Source: Antedon mediterranea (Eukaryota; Animalia; Echinodermata). Taken from it: 64,000 nucleotides of DNA. The translations under genes were made by a program, and so were the position numbers. Shown one piece after another: positions 1 to 12,400 of the stretch. The notes beneath the pieces are model-generated. The model was given only the letters and a program-made list of their open reading frames with translations. It made no database searches and was not told where the DNA came from. Numbering within the stretch: the stretch's first letter is position 1; every line of letters starts with the position of its first letter. The stretch covers positions 2,170,001 through 2,234,000 of the forward strand of contig NC_092671.1 of assembly GCF_964355755.1 (NCBI RefSeq), in the 5' to 3' direction.

Positions 1-1054
1 GTGCTCAAACATGATAGTGATATGCCCAAATAGGATACTGATCATGACATCATCATGTCCATATATGGGCATATCATTTTTTTTCACATAAAGTTTGATA
101 GTGTGGACAGAGCTTTAGTCTAGTGTAGATTTGCCACCCTGTATTGGACAGTTCACATGTATACTATTGGATGGTGTGAAAATGATTTTAAAAATTGATC
201 GTGATGACCAAATAGGTTAATAACAATAGCTCATTGTTTTCTGAATACATTAATGTTATTTTAATGTAATTAGTTTGCTTAAATATTCATAATTATATAA
301 TGTAAAGTTTTCATGAATACATGAATACTTCTAACATATGATGATGTAAACTATATCAAGAATTTAAAGCCACAGAATTATGATCGTTTTGTTTACGGTA
401 TCTTTTATTTCATAGAAATGGAAACATAATTATACTACAGTAGGAAAACAAAATTACTTAGCAGCCATAGCTATTCACTGGTTTTGTAAAGTCTCCATGT
501 AATTACATGAAATGAAATTTGAGTGGGTGATAAAATATCAAGCTCAAAAATGCAATGATTTTAATTCCAAAGAATACAGTACATCAATATAATTTCACAC
601 TGTGAATTAACCAAAATTCAGGGAACACTTTTATTTATAAATGTTGATTAGCCTATACTGTACTGATCACTCTGAATTTTGATAGGAAACATATTCTTAT
701 ATGTGCATTTTTTGTGGTAAAAATTTGAGTTGTAATGCTCTGTCTACAATGTTAAACTTTATGTGATGTGTCTATTTGTGGGCATATCACTACCATATTT
801 GGGCACATCACACAAACTAGTTTGATAGTGTAGACAGAGCTTCAGTTACAGTAAAGTAGTTGCTGAGATTGAAATCTGTATGTCAAAAGATTTGAAATAA
901 TATTAAAGCAGGAGTTTGAATGACTTTTGAACCACCCACTTTACAGTACTGTAAACATCTCAACATAATGTTATTAATTATGTTCCAATTTTATACATTG
1001 ATCCAAAACTAGGTGATAATGTAGGCTGTAGAAATTCAAATCCCACGCGTTTTT

Positions 1055-1533
1055 GCATGAATTGTCCAACACTGCATGCATTGTCCAATATTGCATGCAT
1101 TTTCCAATACTGCATGCATTGTCCAATACTGCATGCGTTGTCCAATACTGCATGCATTGTCGAATACTGCATGCATTGTCCAATACTGCATGCATTGTCC
1201 AATACTGCATGCATTGTCCAATACTGCATGCATTGTCCAATACTGCATGCATTGTCCAATACTGCATGCATTGTCCAATACTGCATGCATTGTCCAATAC
1301 TGCATGCATTGTCCAATACTGGATGCATGGTCCAATACTGGATGCATTGTCCAATACTGGATGCATTGTCCAATACTGCATGCATTGTCCAATACTGCAT
1401 GCATTGTCCAATACTGCATGCATTGTCCAATACTGCATGCATTGTCCAATACTGCATGCATTGTCCAATACTGCATGCATTGTCCAATACTGCATGCATT
1501 GTCCAATACTGCATGCATTGTCCAATACTGCAT
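1055..1533. repeat. 19-bp minisatellite (TTGTCCAATACTGCATGCA)n, about 25 copies
   Basis: Direct tandem repetition; explains the six overlapping ORFs. Confidence 0.97.
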
Positions 1534-3266
1534 GAACTTTCCGTAAGTTGCAACCCCTGATTCCTGTATTGTAACTCAATCAATGTGGGGCAGTGCGGGA
1601 CCAATATCTATGCAAGTGTCAACAGCGCTTAAAATATACCTGGTCACTAATAGGAGTCACTAATAATTACAACTCATAGGTCACAAAAAACATGCTGGAT
1701 AATAGCCAGACTTTCTGTCCATTCTAGATTATGTACGGAAGGAAAGATATTCTCTACTATTTCCTATTGCTAGTGTTTCAATAAAGGTGCTCTCTTTATT
1801 CAGGTATTTTGTCATCACAATTAGCATGTAAGGTAAATAAAATAAACTTTCCTTAGCAGAAATCGGAATTTAATCATCTAAAAAATCTCAAATTCTTTGT
1901 ACTGTATGCTTTTTTCTGAAAACCATATGGTTTAAGGAGAATTGTATTATCATGATTTAGTTGTTGAAGTCGACGGAATCTAGGGCGGGGGAAAAACGGT
2001 ACTTTGAGGTACCCAGATGTTTCATATCTTGAGGCTGACATACAATAAGGTTTTTAGGCGGGGTGAAAGACTATAAAGTTGGATGTCCTCGCCTACTTCT
2101 GCCACCAAGAACAATGATATACCCTTTGTGTATGCTTAATGTTAGATTTCTAAACATTATTTCTTTAATATTTTGTATTCTGTTTCTCTATTACTTTAAT
2201 TTAACAATTGAATACTTGCAGAAAGCCTGGTACAGTACTCAATATAATATTTTATTAGCAAAAAAAAAATGGAAAGGACGATGGTTAAAGGATTGCACCA
2301 CTGATATGTAATTGTTCAGAATAACTAAAACCATTTTGCAATCCAAATTGTAAGGTATTTTAAAATATATGATACGCTTGGATATTAACATTAAAATAAA
2401 CCAAAATACTGCCAATTGTCATTACTTTGAACATTTTTAAACAGTTGTTCTGTTTACAATACAGTAAACCTATGAATAAAACAATATTGATCTAGAGTAG
2501 CTGATAGCCAGTACAAAGCTCACACACGTAGCCTACACTACAATCAATAATTATTATATTATTTATTATTATATACTAGTACAGTGGATACCATACAAAT
2601 ATAGGATATTTAATTTAATATCTGATACAAATAAAGAATAAACTCAGGCTAAATTTGCAGATCAATCTGGGAACATTTTAGCCAGTTAACTGTGTAACAT
2701 AGCCTAAAGATGATTTCACATCGCGCCCAGATTTGGCCCAGTGCCCTGATTTGGCCCGCCGCCAAGATTTGGCCCCGGCGTGCTGAGGAAAAATATTGTT
2801 GAACGTGCTTTCAGTGTTCACATCGAGCACAAATTCGGTTGTCCATTGTCAAGCGAGGTCATTCATGCTCACTGTTGATTGGTCAAATAAAAAACATTTC
2901 AACAAACAAATGGCACCAAATTCAGAGTCCGAATCAGGTACAGATTCAAATCGTACAAACTCAAATCGTATGAATTTGGTGTAAACGACCCTATGCTTTT
3001 CCACGATATTTTCTTCAGGGCACCTACAAAATACCAACGCAACCAATACCTAATTCAGATTGATCAATATATATACAGTATGACTAATCAACATTTCTAA
3101 ACAAAAGTGTTCCTGAGTTTTGTCATATTCAGAGTGTGAAATATATTTATGCATTCTTTTGAATTAAAGTAATTGCATTACATTTCTAAGCTTGATTTTT
3201 GCTAACATAGCAGTCACAAAAATCTACTATAAAATTAACAATAGATAATAGGTGATTCACCTAGTA

Positions 3267-3420
3267 AAAATCACCTAGGTTCCCAGGTACTGTACTGTAA
3301 TATTCAATGATGGTGGCATACACCATATGTCTTCCAGACATGTGAAAATCACCTAGGTTCCCAGGTACTGTACTGTAATATTCAATGATGGTGGCATACA
3401 CCATATGTCTGCCAGACATG
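3267..3420. repeat. Direct tandem duplication, about 78-bp unit x2
   Basis: aaaatcacctaggttcccaggtactgtactgtaatattcaatgatggtggcatacaccatatgtct occurs at 3267 and 3345. Confidence 0.9.
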
Positions 3421-3597
3421 TATTATTGGTTGCTACAGTAGCATAGATAGTTAACTATGCACACCTTATGTCTATACATCCATCGTAGTCTGAATAGGGA
3501 CATAAATCCATTATTGCTAGTTAGCATAGGTACTGTGTTGAACTTGTTGTTGGTTAACATGCACCTTTATGCCTACAATATACTCAGTGAAAATATA

Positions 3598-4005
3598 AAT
3601 CATTATTGCTATATAGTTAAATACAGATACTGATATTGTTAACTATGCAAGCCTCTACCCAGTCTAAATACAGTAGTATCATTATTGCTAGCATAGATAC
3701 TGATTGTAACTATGCAAGCCTCTACCCAGTCTAAATAGTATCATTATTGCTAGCATAGATACTGATTGTTAACTATGCAAGCCTCTACCCAGTCTAAATA
3801 GTATCATTATTGCTAGCATAGATACTGATTGTTAACTATGCAAGCCTCTACCCAGTCTAAATAGTATCATTATTGCTAGCATAGATACTAATATTGTTTA
3901 ACTATGCAAGCCTCTACCCAGTCTAAATAGTATCATTGCTAGCATACATGTAGGTACTTAATATACAGTATGCAAGCCTTTACCCAGTCTAAATAGTATC
4001 ATTAA
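3598..4005. repeat. About 62-bp tandem repeat, about 6 copies
   Basis: Recurring aactatgcaagcctctacccagtctaaatagtatcattattgctagcatagatactg. Confidence 0.9.
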
Positions 4006-5029
4006 TCCATTAGTAATAGTATCGTCGCTACGCACTCACTCTTTCTCTTTCTCTCACAATCTACTTTCATTGATGCTACATTTCAATTTCTTTCATTCAT
4101 TCAGAAGTTACTACTTTAATAAATTTGTATGTAATTTATGAATATAAGAAGGACGAATACAGTAATGAGCAAATCACAAACATTCCTCACACACTGCTGT
4201 TTTAATGTTCTCGTCCAAATTATCCTTCTTGGAACCAACAACAGCAATCTCTGATTTCATTAATTATTGATTTTTAATCTCTGCTGCATAGTTGTGATAT
4301 TAAATGAAGAAAACTCAATAGTTATGTCTGAATAACAACAATCAACTAACCATCTTATTCCCATCAGCTTGACCTTGTTTGACCCCTTGATATTTGATGT
4401 ATTTGCGCTGTGTACGCTGCTCAGCTCTCGGTGTAGTTTCTGTTACATAGTATAAATTCCATTTGATTCAGTTAATAAACTTCACTACTTCTTCAAAATA
4501 TTACCAGAATATTGTTATTATTACAGTAGACGTTACAATTAAATATTTGATAATTATAATGAATTTATGAACAAAGCATTTTTTTTGTGTAAAATTTATA
4601 AATTTTAAAAAAGTTCAATAATAAAAGAGCTATAAAACACAATGACAGATATTTTCTTTTATAAACAAGTCTTTAAAATGCACATTTCAAGTTTTAAGTA
4701 TATTATTAAATATTATGGATATTATTGTGTTATTATTATTGTCCTGTTATGGGTAACTTTGGTTGCTGTTTGATGATTCTTAAATAAAATAAAAAGAAAT
4801 AAACAAAAAATAATAATGTACTGTATGTAATTAAGTACTGTAATGTACAAATTATAATTTTGTTGATTTTTACTTCCACTGTTATAGTACACCATCATTG
4901 CTTACATTCATTTGCCTTTATATACTATAGTACAGTACATCGTGCACTATATAAATATCTGATTTCCCATATTTTAATATGCGACAGAATATGCATGTTA
5001 ACTACAAAACAAGAAAATAAATCGTATGA

Positions 5030-5567
5030 TAATAAAATGGTTGTAATATGCGCGTACGCCAATACCCTTAAAGTAAGCGAGCAACACCCGGATCGAAGAA
5101 GAACTTTTTATGAAGACCTACAAAATATAACAAACTGTGTAAATAAGAGAGATATTCTAGTGATATTAGGAGACTATAATGCAAAGACGGGAACAGTCTA
5201 CAACGTATACCCACAAAATATAGGAAAATTTGGAAAGGGGGAACTAAACAGCAATGGAGAACACCTTTTAGAATTTGCATGCAGGAATCAAATGTTTTTA
5301 ACAAATACATATGCTAAGGCTTCCGATGGACACTCCAGCCAAATTAGCGTTGACAGAATCCATTCGAAAAGTTGAAAGACCAGTTGGCAGAACAAAAACT
5401 ACCTGGATAGGAAACATAAATAAAGAACTCAAAAAAGCAAATACATCGATCGCAAATTTAACGACAGACCATCAGACCACCGAAAAAGAGTCATGGAAAC
5501 GATTAGCGTACGCAATTTCTACCCAAGACGAATAGCGTAACGGATGATGATGATGATAGATGATGAT
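5030..5567 (+). mobile_element. RTE-like non-LTR retrotransposon remnant, internally deleted (endonuclease fragment joined to C-terminus and (GAT)n tail)
   Basis: VICAYANT...FYEDLQ...LVILGDYNAKTG...NSNGEHLLEFA (AP endonuclease), then LRLPMDTPAKLAL...RPVGRTKTTW (RTE C-terminus), then gatgatgatgat tail. Confidence 0.8.
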
Positions 5568-5850
5568 ATTTTAATAATTTATATAGGTTTGAGCATGCTA
5601 TGAAATCTGCATGCAACTAGATAAAGTGACGGCCAAACAAATTATAAAATAATAAATCGTAGTTTTTATAACCTATTTAAATTGATTTTCTAAAATGCAT
5701 GTGGTATTGGCACAAAAAATGTATCAAAAGTATTAATGTAAAAACACCTGTACACAGAAATTGTATGTTCTTGTTCCTTTGTATTTCATGTACTGTAAGA
5801 ATTAGCCATTGAGGAGAATGACAGTATGTGTGTCTGTGTATTTAATAGTA

Positions 5851-6594
5851 CAGTCGACTCCGCCTAAGTCGAATTCGCGTAAGTCGAAAAATCGCGAAAG
5901 TCGAATTTTTAGGAAAGTCCCAATTCTTTCCTATACATTACTGTGTAATTTTTATTTCTAAGTCGAATTTTTCTAAGTCGAAATTCGTCTAAGTCGACGT
6001 CTTTTTGCGGTCCGAATACACACATTCTTTAGTGATTTATATCGTATAAGTCGAAGTCACAAATTACGCGGCAACAACGCGTTAAAAAAGCCGATGAAAC
6101 GTACGTAATTCGATAAACAAACAACAGAGGGGAAAATGTGGGACCATATCGGTTCTCTCAAGCAGGTTGTATAGTATAGGCGGCGTCCTACAACTCGCGC
6201 TAGTGTATAGTGTATGAGTTGTTTCAGAGTTGAGAACTTGAGCGGCGTTTTGTGGGTACCTATTTTGTGCTAGACAGATGGCAATAAACAATAGATACCG
6301 ATTTCGAATAAGAACCGAAATGTATTTATTATACGTTTTTGTATTGTTTCGGAAAAATACAGTTTATCATTGTCGATAAAGAGGCTTAGCATTTATTAGG
6401 CCTAGCTAGCTAGCTAAGAAAATTCAATTCAAGAAGGCTCATCGCGTGGGCCGCGATCGCGACAGGCCTAGCCATAGCGCAGCTAGTGAGTGAACCTAGG
6501 CCTAGCATTTTTTTGGCAAATCTGTAAGTCGAAGTTCGCGTAACTCGAATTTTTATACCGGTCCCGTTAGATTCGACTTAGGCGGAGTCGACTG
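5851..6594. mobile_element. Non-autonomous Tc1/mariner (pogo-like) DNA transposon, 744 bp
   Basis: TIR CAGTCGACTCCGCCTAAGTCGAAT at both ends, TA target duplication, subterminal taagtcgaa repeats. Confidence 0.9.
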
Positions 6595-9372
6595 TACTAA
6601 CAAAAAAACTATAAAAAAAACACAAAAAAAAACATATTCTAAACCAGTTTTGGCAGTTTGGTATTGATATCAAAAGACGTCATACTGTACTGTATGTTTA
6701 TTTGAATTAAATCCGTTTTTTCCATTTTCGGTGGTGAATTTTTTTATTATTACTCACAACACGCAGTCTGAAACCGTCATTGCGTTTCAAATAACAATTT
6801 CTCTTTTATAAAACAAATCTGGAAATTGAGACCTGGATGAATTGGAGGTTTTAAAACTTTATTTGAAATTGGTGTTTTTTTTTGTTTTTTTTTTAAACCG
6901 GTTTCTGTTGCGAAGATATACCATTCCTTCAATATACAGTTTAAAACCTTATTCAACTCCTAACAATGTAAAATTTAAATTTGTATCCATAATATTGGCA
7001 TTTCATCAGTGAAAAACGTTTACAAACTTGCGTATTGTAAACCTCTCGAAAAGGTAGATAGTTTCAAAGATGCATGATGGGAAATGTTGAAATCCAAAAC
7101 TCCCTAGAGTTTGTTTGTAAGACAGTTATCAGTGTACAACATGTGTTCCTCACCCATACCTCCATATCGCATATATTTATCACTCTCTCCCCAGTGAATT
7201 TCTTGACATTTAATCATTTACTAATAGAAGACTCCATTTAATATTTATCTATTCATGCCGTTTCAATTTTAACTTCTTACTTTCGCCTGTCAAAATAGAT
7301 AAATTTGTATGAATGAATGTCTTAGACAATTGTTTTTAGCGAGCGTAATTCATAGTTTAACAATAAGTGACTGTTCTTTTTTAGTTACATCTCAACCAGT
7401 CAGTTTCTTATATTTGTGACCTACATATTTTAAAATCCAACACACTGTTATTACATTATTTGCATTTTGTAGTATAGTCCGTGCTTAGAATAACTGGTTT
7501 AAACAGACAGTATACTGTGCTCTCCAGATGGAGGGCTTTGATTAAAAAAGTTCCTAGAGCACCCCTCTACCTTAATGGACTAATCCATCAACCACGCCCT
7601 CAAATGTGCACACCCCAACGTACTACCATCATTTCACTTACTTGAGTTTGGACCAAAATTATTTGGAGAACTTTACCGATAATTATTTGATCAGCTGTAT
7701 GTGGTTCTCATGTTTTCAACTAACTTTGATCGTTTTATAGAATTGAAACACATCGCTGTTCTAATAGCAAGAAATGTGTAATTGATCAATTTTAATTATA
7801 TTTGGAAAGTTTCAATACCTTATTAAAAAGTAATCAACAAATAAACAACAATTAATTGATGATATAAATGTTATTGTAACAATCATTATAGCTGCAACTT
7901 AAAATAAAGATAATTTGCCTCATATTTCAACTGCATTGTGGGTAATATTGATGTGTATTATTACATACATTTAGTATTTAAAATTGATGAAATAAGATTT
8001 ATAAATTTGATAATTTAATTTTTAAAACATCCAATTATCATGCCAAAAAACATTTGATGCTTGGAGACTAATGATGAGACTTGGCATTATCTTACAGCAC
8101 ACAGCAAGTATTAATTACAAAGCAACACTCTAGCCTTTAGAGAAAAACAACAGGGCCTTGGTGGCGTCATACTCGTAACGCATGTCACGCCCTAGGAATT
8201 CCCAACGTTCTTCAATGTCATTGCCTTTCATTTGCTAAATTACTGTACATATTTATGTGGCGCTACGCTATGTGTTTTAATCAGAAAATAGTATTACTGT
8301 ACTATGTTTCCATTTCTGCAATTCAAAGATTTTACAGATAGTTTTTAAATGATTCATCAACGTATTATTTAATAGTTTTCAATCATTATGAGATAAATGA
8401 CATGATTATTGTGTAAATGAGCTAATAAAGATAAGTTCATTGATTGGATCATTTGAACTCTAGAAAGAGGTCATTATCAATTAAGTACCACTCTACATTA
8501 GTAAACACAGTTATAATGTCTATAGATCTAAGAGCACTATTCAAACATAGTTGCTATAGAATCTAAAAGAACAATTGTTCCTTGGATTTTTTATTTTATT
8601 GTTAAATGTAATATGAAGGTTATATGATATTTTTATTTGTACAAAGGGACTTTCCCAACGTCATGGTGTAATTGTCAATCATGGTTTTAAAGACATTTTT
8701 CATGCAATATCTTGAGCTTTTCAAAGAAACCACTGGACCGTAATGGGTACAGAATGTCATGATTACATTTTTGTTCATGGAAAGCAATTGGTTTACAATT
8801 ATGAACTCTCTCTCATTATTAATATAGTACTTAAATAGTAATTAAATGGTTTTTAATGATGGCATGATTTTGATTTTTGCATAGCGATTCCTTTAAAAGT
8901 AATTCTTTTGATTTTCTTTGTATATGACTGACTGATTGTCCTAAAGATCTAAAATGTTTTTACGCGGAGGTCATAATTCAATAATCACTATGAGTTGTTG
9001 TTTGTCGTTGAACCACCCATTGGATGTTTTTAATCATTTAAAAAAAATCATTATTTCCAACTGTTTTTGTTTGTAATGGAAAATAATAACCAATAATTTA
9101 ATTAAGAAAAAAACAATTTTCACTTGGATTTTATTTTGTAAAACCTTTCTCTTAATATTATAGTTTTTATGCTCACCGATTCACCATTTTTCTAACAATT
9201 TTTTTAACTTGAAGCAAGATTCTATTTGTTAATTATACGATTCTTTTCAATTTGCAATTTGGTTTTGTAATTCAACGCATGCTTTTAATTTTAACAGGAA
9301 AATTGTAAATATATCAATGTGGTATACTTGCTCGTACTATGTGCTTAATTGGTGTTTTTGTGTGTATTTCAG

Positions 9373-9474
9373 GTACCAAATAGATACTTACTACCACAGG
9401 TGAAACCTCAAGATATGCATAAAAATTGTATAGTAATTGACTTGGATGAAACATTGGTACATAGCTCATTTAAG
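9373..9474 (+). CDS. CTDSP: CTDSP exon: [34 protein letters not shown]
   Basis: tttcag acceptor, AAG|gtaagt donor, 102 nt, contains DLDET. Confidence 0.97.
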
Positions 9475-12400
9475 GTAAGTTGTGGCAAACTTTTAAATTC
9501 TAGATAAATAATCTTAACAAAGCTTGCTTTTTATACTATTGATTTCACGACACAACACCAAACAACGGAAACTGTAAAAAATGCACAAACCTAATAATTA
9601 GCGTAATTTGAGATTTCACAATTATTGCGCAACTTAATTTGGACATTATTCTACAAAGAATTAATATTTATTCTATCTAAAATTTATCTCATCTAGAAAT
9701 ATAATAACAAAATACCATTTGTGCACTGAAGCGTATCATATTGATATACATATTCGCAGAGCTGTACTTGGCACACCTTCAAGGAACTATAAGTGACCCC
9801 TTTACAATAAATGGTTTGACCCCATCCATGGTTTTCTCGTGTATTTATCCGGTTGTGGTAATTTTAGTTGCTACTATTACAGTCTTTTAGAAAGTTAAAC
9901 AATTTTTTATTATTATTGCACAGTTCGTCAGCGGGGCATAATTTATTTTTACGAATTATTTTGATATTTATCATTGTATACAATATTGCATAATGTTTTC
10001 TTATTTGAATGCTTTATCAATGCTCTAAATACTGTAAATGATAGGCCACCATAAATAAATATTGTAATAAATAATTTTTTGGTTGGTAAAAAAGTACACA
10101 CTCAACAATCGAAAAGCATGTTGGAATGCTAGAAACATTTACTGTAAAAGCTTGAACTTTTGTAAGACTTTTCCATGATGACTGCTATGCGATCAGCCCA
10201 GTAACTTTTCCCTAAAACTTACCAAGTCGCGCAGTAAGTTTTTATGACGTCCCACTTTCCGAGTAAATCTTATTGAGATAGTTTTACATAGCCAAAAAAA
10301 GATGGCGTGATTGCTATCACTCATGAGACTCTGCTTTCCCTTTTAAGTTCGCCATGTTCTCCGAGTGTTCGTCCTACTGTATATATTTTTGGTAATTTAA
10401 TTATTGTTTAAAACATACTTTTGGCAATAATAATATCCTGGATTTATATAGCGCTTAATGTAGCGCCCTCATTTACCTGCTTTTCATGGCCTTGGAATTC
10501 TAACCGTTAGCTACTGTAGGTAAAAGTCACAGAGCCAATTCTATGGTAGAGATGTCCCTTCTGAGGTCTTCAGTTTTACTAAAATGACTCCAGCACAATT
10601 GGCAGCTAATTGAGTCAAAACAAATAAATTAAACATTGACTGAATTCCAAAAATCATGCTAAATAAATCATACTTGTCTGCTTTTTGAAATAATACGAGT
10701 TGTTATTTCAACTATTGTTAGTTTTGTGATTTATTTTGTGTGTAAATTTGATTTGTTTATTGAGCTGTATGTTCCCATACTCTATTTATTAATTCCTGTA
10801 TAACTGTAAATGATAGTTTCTTTACTGTTTTAGACATTATTTATTAGTTTAAAACAGATCTTTAGTCAAAGTACTCAATAACGTCATTTTGCTTGCTTTC
10901 TGTATGTCCGTGTCTAGACCTTAAAGTACACTACACTAACTGTATTAGTTGGTTTTATTTGAAACAATTATTGGTGTTTTTTCTTCTTTTTTCTGATGAT
11001 CATGAATAGAGACTAATGTAGATACAAAATAATCTAAATTTTTATTTTTTTAATATTTTATTTTGAAAACATTTTTCAATATACACTTTAACAATAAAAT
11101 TATTTAAAAAATGTAAATTGTATTAAATTAAAAAATGCAAATATTTGAAAAACAAAAAAAACAATGTTTTTTAAACACTAAATACATAAAAATTGATTTT
11201 AACATATTTTAGCTTATATTGGTAATAATTATGATAATATTGATGTTTTCATCACATAAGTGTGAGTAAGTAGATATAGTATATATCCTGTAATTAAATG
11301 GTAAAGTCCATAATGATTGTAGGGTAGTACAATGCTCTGTTACTCAATGGTTTGTTCCATTATTCAGTTAAGGGATGTTTTTATCATTACTGTACATGCT
11401 AACTTTGAATTGTGTTTTTATTTCAGCCTGTTAGTAATGCTGATTTTGTTGTACCTGTAGAAATAGATGGTACAGTACACCAGGTATGTACTGCACCATT
11501 ATATTTTTATTTACCCATTGGAAGTGGTTGTTAATAATTGTGTACCTTATTTTATTAGTTTTTTTTACAATCAAATCGATATATAATTAGGTTAAAATAT
11601 TACATTCCTAGGCTAAACTTATATTTTCCAGTCAATTTACAAAATGCATTCTGTCAGGTTTACAGAATTATTCTGTCGAGTATACAAAATGCATTCTATC
11701 AAGTTTACAGAATTCATTTTGTCAAGTTTACAGAATGCATCCCATCAAGTTTACAGTGTACATTCTGTCAAGTTTACAGAATGCATCCCATCAAGTTTAC
11801 AGAATGCATCCCATCAAGTTTACAGAATGCATTCTGTCAAGTTTATAGAATGCATTTTGACTATGAAAAATACAAACTTTTCCATTGAGATACCAGTATT
11901 GGAAAATTAAAAGAATTGTATTTGATTTTCAAATAGAATAGAAGAAAAACCCCCATTTAATTTATTGTTTTGCCTTATTCATTAGGACGCACAAACAACC
12001 CATGATGTATAATTTTCTTACGCTTAGTAGTTAAACTAAATCACTGTATCTGTGTGGTTTCTAAATGAATCCGTAGGTGTTATCACATTAGATAATTACA
12101 TTTAAAATTTTAAAGTGTGTTTTGTCTTGTAATTCAATGTTAGTGGGTGTATAGTAGGTGTATCATAGTGTCAACTAACCACTATTTTAATTAAAGTCTA
12201 AGTACTCAATTTTTTTCTAATTGAAAATATCATTTATTTTTTCCAAAAAAAAATGAATGAAAAAAAAAAATGGATAACAAGGAATAAGCATACTAGAAAT
12301 TATGTAGTTTATCAAACAATTTTTAGATGAGAAAAAAAAGAAGATTTAAAAAACATGGATTTGCACCAAAAAGGACTAATGATATTTACCCATTAAGTGA

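Noticed and set aside
974-1604. Six overlapping Cys/His-rich ORFs
   Set aside because: All are translations of a stop-free 19-bp tandem repeat; no splice or homology support.
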